64,000 bases of DNA, taken from assembly GCA_963735815.1 (NCBI GenBank), contig CAVTMJ010000011.1, forward strand, positions 89,406-153,405, written 5' to 3'. Below are positions 1 to 7,081 of the stretch, piece after piece (positions within the stretch are counted from its first letter, which is position 1; the number at the start of each line of letters is the position of its first letter). The stretch is from an uncultured Acidobacteriota bacterium. Lineage in GTDB: Bacteria > Acidobacteriota > Terriglobia > Terriglobales > Acidobacteriaceae. A program made the translations under genes and the position numbers. The notes under the pieces are model-generated. The model saw only the letters and a program-made list of their open reading frames with translations. It was not told the DNA's origin and ran no database searches.

Positions 1-1
1 T

Positions 2-229
2 GTGCCGGCGGAGACGTTGGCCTTGCATGCACGCATCGTGGCGGAACTGAGGGCGCAAGGTTTGGCGGCAAAGTCTCTGGCCGTCGGCGCACGGATGCCC
101 GAGTTTGCCCTTCCCGATCACAACGGAACAGTAGTCTCGTCCGCGGATTTGTTGGGTCGCGGGCGGCTGTTGTGTGCTTCTTCCGGGGGCGCTGGGATCC
201 GTTCTGCTGTGGGCAGATGGAGGCGATGA
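2..229 (+). CDS. peroxiredoxin-like thioredoxin-fold protein (AhpC/TSA, PRX_like2-type), N-terminal fragment. The 5' end is outside the window and the frame breaks near 160-172.
   Basis: The translation ...GARMPEFALPDHNGTVVSSADLLGRGRL is the usual lead-in to the active-site strand of AhpC/TSA-type proteins. The homologous sequence continues in another frame (ORF 172..588). Confidence 0.55.
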   Translation: MPAETLALHARIVAELRAQGLAAKSLAVGARMPEFALPDHNGTVVSSADLLGRGRLLCASSGGAGIRSAVGRWRR

Positions 230-588
230 ACCGGGCGCTTCCGGAGATTGAACAGGCCGGAGCTTCGCTGGTGGCGATCTCTCCGCAGACCGTGAAGCAA
301 TCGTTCTTCATGGCCGATCAGCATCGGCTGGGTTTCCCGCTGTTGTGCGACGCTGGGAATCAGGTGGCTCGGAAGTTTGGTCTCGTCTACCGCGTGTCGC
401 CCGATCAGGAAAGCATCTATCGGCGAGCGTTTATTAACTTGCCGCTGGCGAATGGAGATGAGAGTTGGGAGTTGCCGATTCCGGCTGCGTACGTGGTGGA
501 TCGCGATGGGACGGTGCTGTTCGCTTACGCGAATGAGGATTATGCGGAGCGGGCGGAGCCGGGGGAGATTGTGGGATTGTTGAAATGA
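172..588 (+). CDS. peroxiredoxin-like thioredoxin-fold protein, C-terminal part (continuation of 2..229 after a frame change)
   Basis: VCFFRGRWDPFCCGQ...GASLVAISPQ...HRLGFPLLCDAGNQVARKFGL...PAAYVVDRDGTVLFAY matches the F-x-R-G-x-W-C-P-x-C ... AISPQ ... LSD architecture of PRX_like2/AhpC-TSA proteins. The first Cys position holds Asp. Confidence 0.6.
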   Translation: MCFFRGRWDPFCCGQMEAMNRALPEIEQAGASLVAISPQTVKQSFFMADQHRLGFPLLCDAGNQVARKFGLVYRVSPDQESIYRRAFINLPLANGDESWELPIPAAYVVDRDGTVLFAYANEDYAERAEPGEIVGLLK

Positions 589-628
589 GCAACTGCAAGC
601 GTAGCAACGGTATTCGTTCTTTTGATAT

Positions 629-1063
629 ATGAAAATTCTCATCGCGGCCTTGGCGATGGCCCTCGGAGTTGTAGTCGTCCATCACTTTTACGGCTTATAC
701 AAACTGGGCCAACTCGATGCTGCTATCGCAACTATGCACGAATTGGTGGCTGCTGAGGCTAAGTTTGCACAGGCTCGTCCGGAGCGTGGCTATACCTGTA
801 ATTTTTTCGAACTGACCGATGGCGGATGGGTCGATGATGAGCGGATCGATAAACAGGTGATTAAAACGCTCGCCACGACGGGCAAGCGAAGTGGATATTC
901 GTTTGAAATCCGAGGGTGTCAGAAGGTGGATGGAAACCCGAATCCAACCTACAAGCTCATCGCTCGGCCGATAAGCGACAGCGATCCAGACGGCCGCGAC
1001 AACGTGTGCGCAGATCAATCTGGGATTGTGCGTTTCAACGATCCGCAGTGCAATCCGAAGTAA
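629..1063 (+). CDS. hypothetical protein with an N-terminal hydrophobic helix and a pilin/pseudopilin-like globular part, but no canonical prepilin leader
   Basis: 144-aa ORF. The helix MKILIAALAMALGVVVVHHF is followed by AIATMHELVAAEAKFAQ...SGYSFEI...YKLIARP, which resembles acidobacterial type IV pilin-like proteins. A strong terminator follows the ORF. Confidence 0.5.
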   Translation: MKILIAALAMALGVVVVHHFYGLYKLGQLDAAIATMHELVAAEAKFAQARPERGYTCNFFELTDGGWVDDERIDKQVIKTLATTGKRSGYSFEIRGCQKVDGNPNPTYKLIARPISDSDPDGRDNVCADQSGIVRFNDPQCNPK

Positions 1064-1129
1064 TCTTGAGGTCTAAGCTGGCTACGAGGGATACTCTCAT
1101 AGCTGGACAGGCTGATCGTGCTTCCGAGA

Positions 1130-1159
1130 CCCGAACCTTCGCGGTTCGGGTTTTCTTTA
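1130..1159 (+). terminator. rho-independent terminator downstream of the pilin-like ORF
   Basis: Stem CCCGAACC / GGTTCGGG (8 bp) with a short loop, followed by TTTTCTTTAT. Confidence 0.65.
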
Positions 1160-1300
1160 TGGGATCGGATTGACTTGTTCTCCTTGCGGGCCTTCTGGAA
1201 GCATGGTACGGGGGCGCCGGGATCGACAAAGGACGCCGGTGAGATCCCTCGCCGGCGCTATGGCTCCCGTCGCGCTCAAGCCCACTACCCGGACTCACCC

Positions 1301-1329
1301 TTGCCAATCCCGCTAACTTCCGCGATAAT
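1301..1329 (+). promoter_or_regulatory. candidate sigma70-type promoter of the rpsP operon
   Basis: TTGCCA, 17-nt spacer, GATAAT, about 58 nt upstream of the rpsP ATG (1387). Confidence 0.35.
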
Positions 1330-1386
1330 AATGGTTTGTCTTACCCCTCCCAGAAGGATTAGGAAAGGAAACCAAGTTCCGTGTTA

Positions 1387-1644
1387 ATGATTCGTCTGGC
1401 GCGCACGGGTGCGCGCAAACAACCGCAGTACCGCGTGGTGGTAATCGAGAAGGCGCGGGCGCGCAATGGGCGCTCGGTCGAAGTAGTGGGGACCTACAAT
1501 CCCCGCGGCGCCGCTGCTCATATTGATCTCAAGCGCGATCGCATCGACTATTGGGTTTCCAAGGGCGCGAAGATGTCGGAACGCGTGAGCAAGCTGTTCG
1601 CGAAGCCTTTGCCTACTCCGGTGAGCGCTGGACCTGCCGCTTAG
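1387..1644 (+). CDS. rpsP: 30S ribosomal protein S16
   Basis: MIRLARTGARKQPQYRVVVIEKARARNGRSVEVVGTYNP is a canonical S16 N-terminus. A GGAAAGGAAA purine tract lies upstream. The ORF track also offers GTG 1381. Confidence 0.95.
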   Translation: MIRLARTGARKQPQYRVVVIEKARARNGRSVEVVGTYNPRGAAAHIDLKRDRIDYWVSKGAKMSERVSKLFAKPLPTPVSAGPAA

Positions 1645-1821
1645 GTGAGCCGACCTCAGCGGCTAAAGCCGCTCCAGTATTGCAGACCTTGACGGCTCGA
1701 CTGAAGCCGAGCCCTTTCAAAGCAGAAGAGCTTGGGGCTTTCAACTAGCAAGCAGGTCCAGCTTTTCGGCAAAGCATCAGAGTTTTCTGAGCTTCCCCGA
1801 AGGTTAATTTGGGAGTCGCGA

Positions 1822-2073
1822 ATGAGCGAGCAAGGTGGCGACGCGAAGGTTCTCCTCGAGCACGTGACCAGGGTTCTGGTGGATGCACCCGACCAGGTTG
1901 CAGTGAACCAGGTAGAAGAAGACGGCGAGACGGTGCTGGAGTTAACCGTCGCCGAAAGCGATCTGGGTAAGGTGATTGGCAAGTCCGGGCGCACCGCCCG
2001 TGCGCTGCGAACGCTGTTGAGCGCGGCCGGAGTCAAGGCGAACAAGCGCTACGCGCTCGAGATCCTGGAATAA
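1822..2073 (+). CDS. KH-domain RNA-binding protein (UPF0109/YlqC-like)
   Basis: The GKVIGKSGRTARALRTLL motif (GxxG KH loop), about 84 aa, in the conserved position between rpsP and rimM. Confidence 0.85.
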   Translation: MSEQGGDAKVLLEHVTRVLVDAPDQVAVNQVEEDGETVLELTVAESDLGKVIGKSGRTARALRTLLSAAGVKANKRYALEILE

Positions 2074-2097
2074 AGCTCGCGAATTGCCGGAACGAAG

Positions 2098-2661
2098 ATG
2101 GGCGACGAGTACATCAGCCTGGCTCGCGTCCTGAAAACGCAGGGGCGGCACGGCGAAGTTGCCGTGGAAGTGCATTCCGACGTTCCGGACCGGTTCGTGG
2201 AAGGCATGCGGCTGTTCGCGCTCGATTCGAAAGGCGAACGGCGGCAGTTGAAGGTCGAAGATATCTGGCCGCATAAGGGTCAGGTGGTTCTGAAGTTCGA
2301 AGGGATCGACTCGATCTCGGACGCGGAAACCCTGTTGCGATGCGAATTGCAAGTACCGCAGGCCGAACGTGCGGAACTGGAGCCGGGCTGGACTTACATC
2401 AGCGATCTGACGGGCTGTGTAGTTTTTGACGGCGATCGCGAGATTGGCAGGGTGGAAGGCGTGGAGTTCGGGGCGGGTGAAGCGCCGCTGCTGATCGTGC
2501 GCGGCAAGGCGAAACTGCCCTACGAGATTCCGTTCGCCGAGGCGTACCTGACAGGCGTGGACCTGACGGCGAAGCAGGTCCGGATGCGGTTGCCCGAGGG
2601 GATGCTTGAGGTGAACGCTCCGCTGAGCGAGGAAGAGAAGCGGGAACAGAACAAGGATTGA
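2098..2661 (+). CDS. rimM: 16S rRNA processing protein RimM
   Basis: ISLARVLKTQGRHGEVAVEVHSDVPDRF matches the RimM N-domain and a PRC-barrel-like C-terminus follows. The operon context also fits. Confidence 0.9.
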   Translation: MGDEYISLARVLKTQGRHGEVAVEVHSDVPDRFVEGMRLFALDSKGERRQLKVEDIWPHKGQVVLKFEGIDSISDAETLLRCELQVPQAERAELEPGWTYISDLTGCVVFDGDREIGRVEGVEFGAGEAPLLIVRGKAKLPYEIPFAEAYLTGVDLTAKQVRMRLPEGMLEVNAPLSEEEKREQNKD

Positions 2662-2672
2662 GAAATTGGGTG

Positions 2673-2758
2673 ATTGAGTAATCGGGAAATTGAAAACCGG
2701 CTATCGCGCTGGCCCAGATTCTCAATTACACAATTACTGAATTTCCCAATTACTCAAT
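2673..2758. repeat. imperfect 19-nt inverted repeat (REP-like, AATTAC-rich) spanning the rimM-trmD spacer. The right arm covers the trmD start codon.
   Basis: The left arm ATTGAGTAATCGGGAAATT (2673-2691) is complementary to the right arm AATTTCCCAATTACTCAAT (2740-2758) at 18 of 19 positions. CAATTAC also occurs three times in 2722-2755. Confidence 0.6.
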
Positions 2759-3557
2759 GCTGGCTGATCTGGTAACAATTTTTCCGGACTTCTTCCGCGG
2801 GCCGCTGGACTACGGAATTCTTCGGCGGGCCCGGGAAGCGGGACTGGTCGAAGTTAAGGTCCACGACCTGCGGGAGTTTACCCGCGACAAGCATCGCACG
2901 GTGGATGACCGCCCATTTGGCGGCGGCGAAGGCATGGTGCTGAAGCCGGAACCGATCTTTGAATGTATTGAGGAGCTGAAGGTAGCGTCGCGCGACGAAC
3001 GCGTCGGGAAGACGGCGAAGCAGTCGGTGATCTTGCTCTCCGCGCAGGGGCGCCGGCTCGATCAGGGACTGGCTCAGGAATTAGCCGGGCTGGAGCGGAT
3101 CGTGCTGATCTGCGGGCGGTATGAGGGCGTGGATGAGCGCGTGAGCGAGCATCTGGCGGATCGAGAGATTTCGATTGGCGATTACGTGCTCAGCGGCGGC
3201 GAAATGGGTGCGGCGGTGATCGTGGATGTCGTCACGCGGTTGATTCCAGGCGCGGTCGGCAATGAAAATTCCACGCGGCAGGAGTCATTTTCGGCTTCGT
3301 CTGAAGTAGTGGCCGGCGATGCTCCGAGTTCAACCTGCGTTTCCGGCGGGTTGCTGGATTATCCGCATTACACGCGGCCCGCTGAATTTCGTGGGATGGC
3401 AGTGCCCGAAGTGCTGGTGAATGGCAATCATGACGAGATCCGGCGCTGGCGGCGCAAAACAGCTTTACAGAAGACGCTGCGCAATCGACCGGACTTGATT
3501 GATGCGGCGGACTTGAGCGAGGAAGATCGAAAGTTGCTGGCGGCAATGAAAAAGTAG
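2757..3557 (+). CDS. trmD: tRNA (guanine37-N1)-methyltransferase TrmD
   Basis: The sequences TIFPDFF...YGILRRA, DDRPFGGGEGMVLKPEP, ICGRYEGVDERV and GDYVLSGGE are canonical TrmD motifs. Confidence 0.95.
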   Translation: MLADLVTIFPDFFRGPLDYGILRRAREAGLVEVKVHDLREFTRDKHRTVDDRPFGGGEGMVLKPEPIFECIEELKVASRDERVGKTAKQSVILLSAQGRRLDQGLAQELAGLERIVLICGRYEGVDERVSEHLADREISIGDYVLSGGEMGAAVIVDVVTRLIPGAVGNENSTRQESFSASSEVVAGDAPSSTCVSGGLLDYPHYTRPAEFRGMAVPEVLVNGNHDEIRRWRRKTALQKTLRNRPDLIDAADLSEEDRKLLAAMKK

Positions 3558-3603
3558 GAGATAGGCTTCGTGTTGCAGCTTCGCGATCTCCAAAGGAAAA
3601 GCA

Positions 3604-3628
3604 GGTCCTTCGCTTCGCTCAGGATGAC
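3604..3628. repeat. short REP-like element (reverse complement of GTCATCCTGAGCGAAGCGAAGGACC)
   Basis: It shares the core GTCATCC(C/T)GAGCGAAG with a second copy at about 9801-9821 and lies in the trmD-rplS spacer. Confidence 0.5.
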
Positions 3629-3715
3629 AAGCTTTTTTGGGCATCGAGACTACGAGAGATTTGCGGGATAGCGAGATATCCACTGATAACTGGAAATTCC
3701 CTAAGGAAATAAGAC

Positions 3716-4096
3716 ATGTCGAACCTCATCATTGAAAAACTGCTGGCGAAAACCAAGCGGACCGATTTGCCGGACTTTGTTCCCGGCGACACCATTCGCG
3801 TGCACGTGAAGATTCGCGAAGGCGACAAGGAGCGCGTACAGGCGTTTGAAGGCGTCGTCATTTCGCAGGCCAAGGGTCCACAGGCCAGCTTCACCGTCCG
3901 CAAGATCAGCTTTGGACAGGGCGTGGAACGTATTTTCCCCGTGAACTCCAAGGTCATTGACCGGGTGGAGTTGCTGAGGTCGTCGAAGGTCCGGCGGGCG
4001 AAGCTCTATTACCTGCGCGCATTGAAGGGCAAGGCAGCTCGCCTGAAGGACGTGGAGCGCGAGCATGCCACGCCTGAGGCTGTCACGGCGAAATAG
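3716..4096 (+). CDS. rplS: 50S ribosomal protein L19
   Basis: [33 protein letters not shown]...[17 protein letters not shown] is canonical L19. Confidence 0.95.
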   Translation: MSNLIIEKLLAKTKRTDLPDFVPGDTIRVHVKIREGDKERVQAFEGVVISQAKGPQASFTVRKISFGQGVERIFPVNSKVIDRVELLRSSKVRRAKLYYLRALKGKAARLKDVEREHATPEAVTAK

Positions 4097-4111
4097 TTGA
4101 ATTGCATTGCT

Positions 4112-4137
4112 GCGGGCGCAGAGGTCTCTGTGCCCGT
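4112..4137. terminator. 12-bp hairpin between the convergent rplS and PilZ genes (possible bidirectional terminator)
   Basis: GCGGGCGCAGAG-gt-CTCTGTGCCCGT (two G-U pairs). No clear U-tract on either strand. Confidence 0.35.
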
Positions 4138-4181
4138 GATGTCCCCGGTACGCGAAGATCGTATTCGTGGAATTCGAATCG

Positions 4182-4946
4182 CTAATTGTTTGCACCGGCC
4201 GAACTTGCCTTGTGCTTGTCGGCCTTTTCTATTGATTTCTTCCCCGCCTCCAGTTTCCGCAGCAGGTGCTGCAGGATCGCCCGGTCGCCCTTGCGCACTT
4301 CGCGGAATTCAATTCCCAGGCCAACGTCAAGCGCGGCATGCCGCACCTGTCCTTTGAAGGCCAGGTTGTAGTTGGCGACGTTCAGGACGAGTTTCAGGTC
4401 CGTTCCTGGCAATAGCTGGCTCTTTGTGGTCACCAGGCAGCCGATTTCGGAAACGTCTTTCAACATTCCGTCCAGATGCGCCGGGCCAGAACCTTTGTGG
4501 AGCAACTCTACATAGCCGCCAGTTCCGAAACGCGGGAAGCGACGGCGGTTCCCTGCCTCGCTTGACCTCCACGAAGGACGTCGAGCGTCCCGGATTACCG
4601 ATTCGTAAACCTGCTCCATATCGCCCAATTCGGCTGACCAGAGAGTTTTCTCCGCTTCCACACACTGAATTCCGACCAGGCCCTGCAGATGGGTGCTGGC
4701 TTCGCCAATCCAGACCACGCGGCAAAAGGCCTTGCTGCGGCCACGCTCGATGGTCACAATCTCGCCCGCTTCTTTCACGCAGCGCAGACCGGTCAGGCGC
4801 GCACCGTGCGCGGAGATGTCGTAAGTGCAGGCCATCTCAAGACGCGGTTTGGAGTCAGAGTCGTAGTAGGTCACGCGAACCGGCAGGGCGACAGAAATGC
4901 GCTTGTCGCTTCGGTCGACGGCCTCTTTCACTTTTGATTGCGTCAC
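4182..4946 (-). CDS. tandem PilZ-domain protein (putative c-di-GMP receptor)
   Basis: Two PilZ signatures: DKRISVALPV...YDISAHGARL and NRRRFPRF...KDVSEIGCLV (RxxxR plus D/NxSxxG). Confidence 0.8.
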   Translation of the reverse strand: MTQSKVKEAVDRSDKRISVALPVRVTYYDSDSKPRLEMACTYDISAHGARLTGLRCVKEAGEIVTIERGRSKAFCRVVWIGEASTHLQGLVGIQCVEAEKTLWSAELGDMEQVYESVIRDARRPSWRSSEAGNRRRFPRFGTGGYVELLHKGSGPAHLDGMLKDVSEIGCLVTTKSQLLPGTDLKLVLNVANYNLAFKGQVRHAALDVGLGIEFREVRKGDRAILQHLLRKLEAGKKSIEKADKHKASSAGANN

Positions 4947-5223
4947 TCAGTAATCCCAAATGCGTTGAGTACTAAGGGGCAGTTGCGCCCTGTGGGGGAT
5001 TACAAGGAGAGTATCAAGCAGTCGAAGCATCTACAATTTACGGCGGTACCCATACTACGGATTACCGTTGCGCTACCTTGAGGCCAGACTGTGCTATTGA
5101 GGAAATCCGGGGACCGGTAGTGAAGGTTTCCTCCTAGCGACGACGGGGCTCCGCGGGCGCGGGTCTTGGACTGCATTCGGCTTTCGCCTCACGGCAGCTC
5201 AGTATCACAAGGTTGGGGCAATT

Positions 5224-6060
5224 TTGCGGCGCAGTCTTCCTGAGCGCTGGATGATACAGATTATGAAGCTTTCACTTGCGCTTCCACAGCGCGGTCGGCG
5301 AACATCGGAGAAAGACATCCCTGTGCCGGTCAAAACCAAGTCCGCGAATCTTTCTGCGTCGGCCGCGAAGCTGCGCCTGTTGAAGCGGCTCCGCTGCACG
5401 CTACGGTATGAGAAGAAGGCCTGGGATGCTGGAGCCCGGCTGGTCGCCGGCGTGGACGAGGTAGGTCGCGGATCTCTGTTTGGCGCGGTGGTGGCCGGCG
5501 CGGTGATCCTTGATCCCAGGTACCGGATTCGTGGGCTGCGCGACTCGAAGCTTCTGCCTGCGGAGCGGCGAGAGGTGCTGGCGGAGCGGATCCGCGAGCA
5601 TGCGATTGCGTGGGCGGTGGCGGCGGTGGACGCGGCGCGCATCGATCAGATCAACATCTACCAGGCGTCGCGAGTGGCGATGCGCATGGCGGTGTCGCAA
5701 CTCACCCCGGCAGCCGATTATCTGCTGATCGACGCTCTCAAGCTGGACTGCGAACAGGAACAGCGCGCCTTGATTCATGGCGATGCGCTCTCGGCATCGA
5801 TCGCGGCGGCATCGATTCTGGCAAAGGTGGAGCGCGATCAAATGATTCGCGCATGGGATCCCGTATTCCCCGTGTACGGGCTGGCTTCGAACAAGGGCTA
5901 CAGTACTCCGCATCACCTGGCCGCGCTGCGCGAACATGGGCCCTCACCGTTGCACCGGCAGTCGTTCGCACCCGTGTGGAACGCTCCGGTACCGCAGGAG
6001 GTATTGAGCTTCATGCTGGAAGAAGCGGAGGCGGAAGCGGTTGAGGAAGTGGGGGCGTAG
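5224..6060 (+). CDS. rnhB: ribonuclease HII
   Basis: VAGVDEVGRGSLFGAVVAGAVIL, RDSKLL, GDALSASIAAASILAKVERD and NKGYSTPHHLAAL are canonical. The start is uncertain (alternative ATGs at 5251 and 5263). Confidence 0.9.
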   Translation: MRRSLPERWMIQIMKLSLALPQRGRRTSEKDIPVPVKTKSANLSASAAKLRLLKRLRCTLRYEKKAWDAGARLVAGVDEVGRGSLFGAVVAGAVILDPRYRIRGLRDSKLLPAERREVLAERIREHAIAWAVAAVDAARIDQINIYQASRVAMRMAVSQLTPAADYLLIDALKLDCEQEQRALIHGDALSASIAAASILAKVERDQMIRAWDPVFPVYGLASNKGYSTPHHLAALREHGPSPLHRQSFAPVWNAPVPQEVLSFMLEEAEAEAVEEVGA

Positions 6061-6195
6061 GGGTTTCGAGCTTTGAGCTTTGAGCGAAAGCTAGTAGGGT
6101 CTGCGTAGTTCATGGTTAATCACGTAAGAATCCTCATAAATCTGCACAGCAAACTGGGAATTTCATCCCAGGACTGCTGGCTCGATACTCTGCAA

Positions 6196-6274
6196 GCTCG
6201 CAACTCGCAGCTCATAGCTCAGCTCGAGGCTCGAGGCTCGAGGCTCGTAGCTCGCAGCTGGCAGTTCGTAGCTT
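6196..6274. repeat. degenerate tandem 8-mer array (GCTCGNAG-type) with three perfect GCTCGAGG units at 6222-6245
   Basis: Read directly: gctcgcaactcgcagctcatagctcagctcgaggctcgaggctcgaggctcgtagctcgcagctggcagttcgtagc. A separate GAGCTTT x2.5 run sits at 6068-6085. Confidence 0.7.
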
Positions 6275-6285
6275 AGAATCTCTGC

Positions 6286-7032
6286 ATGCCTCGTTTACTC
6301 TGCGTCACTGCACATCCAGACGATGAAGCTGCGGCGTTTGGCGGGACCCTGCGGCTCTATCACGATCGCGGTTCGGAGATTTATCTGATTTGCCTTACGC
6401 CGGGTCAGGCCGCAACCCATCGGGGGACGGCAAAGAACGATCAAGAGCTTGCCACCATTCGGAGGAAGGAACTGGCGGCTTCCTGCGAGATCCTGGGGAT
6501 CGATCGCTGGGAGGTGCTGAATTACGCGGATGGCCAGCTTCATCGAGTGGATTTACAACGTGTGGTCGGAGATCTGGTGCGGCATATACGGGAGTTTCGC
6601 CCGCACATCGTGCTGACCTTTGGCCCGGAGGGAGCGTTTACGGGACATACCGATCACACCATGGCCTCGGTTTTCGCGACGCTGGCTTTCCAGTGGGCAG
6701 GACGGAGCAATCGCTACTCGGATCAACTCATTGATGGAGTAGGACCCTATCGCTCGCAAAAGTTGTACTACGTGACCGCGAACTTCGTGCTGCCGGACCG
6801 GCCGCCAACCGCGCCTCCACCGATCACCACCATGATTGACATCGGGGAGTTGATGAAGACAAAGATTGAGGCTTTTGCGGCGCATACTACGCAGGCTCCG
6901 GTATTTCCTATCGTGCGAGACACGATCCTGTCGCGCGGGCCGCAGGAAGTGTTTCACTTGGCGGCCAGGTCGCAACCCGGAAAGCTCATTCTGGAAACTG
7001 ATTTGTTTGCTGGACTAGACTTCGAGGACTAG
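6286..7032 (+). CDS. PIG-L/LmbE family N-acetylglucosaminyl deacetylase
   Basis: LCVTAHPDDEAAAFGGTL and the HTDH motif are typical of PIG-L-family zinc deacetylases. Confidence 0.85.
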   Translation: MPRLLCVTAHPDDEAAAFGGTLRLYHDRGSEIYLICLTPGQAATHRGTAKNDQELATIRRKELAASCEILGIDRWEVLNYADGQLHRVDLQRVVGDLVRHIREFRPHIVLTFGPEGAFTGHTDHTMASVFATLAFQWAGRSNRYSDQLIDGVGPYRSQKLYYVTANFVLPDRPPTAPPPITTMIDIGELMKTKIEAFAAHTTQAPVFPIVRDTILSRGPQEVFHLAARSQPGKLILETDLFAGLDFED

Positions 7033-7081
7033 CCGCAGGACTCGCGCAGTTCCCCGCACACGCTCTTCCATCGACTATCTT

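Noticed and set aside
195-200. A GGATCC (BamHI) site lies exactly at the aberrant Asp codon of the peroxiredoxin-like motif, which hints at engineering.
   Set aside because: A single 6-bp site is expected by chance many times in 64 kb, and no vector-like or scar sequences surround it.
6196-6274. Possible CRISPR array or minisatellite.
   Set aside because: The units are 8 nt, contiguous, and have no spacers. No cas genes are present in the window. This is a simple tandem repeat, not CRISPR.
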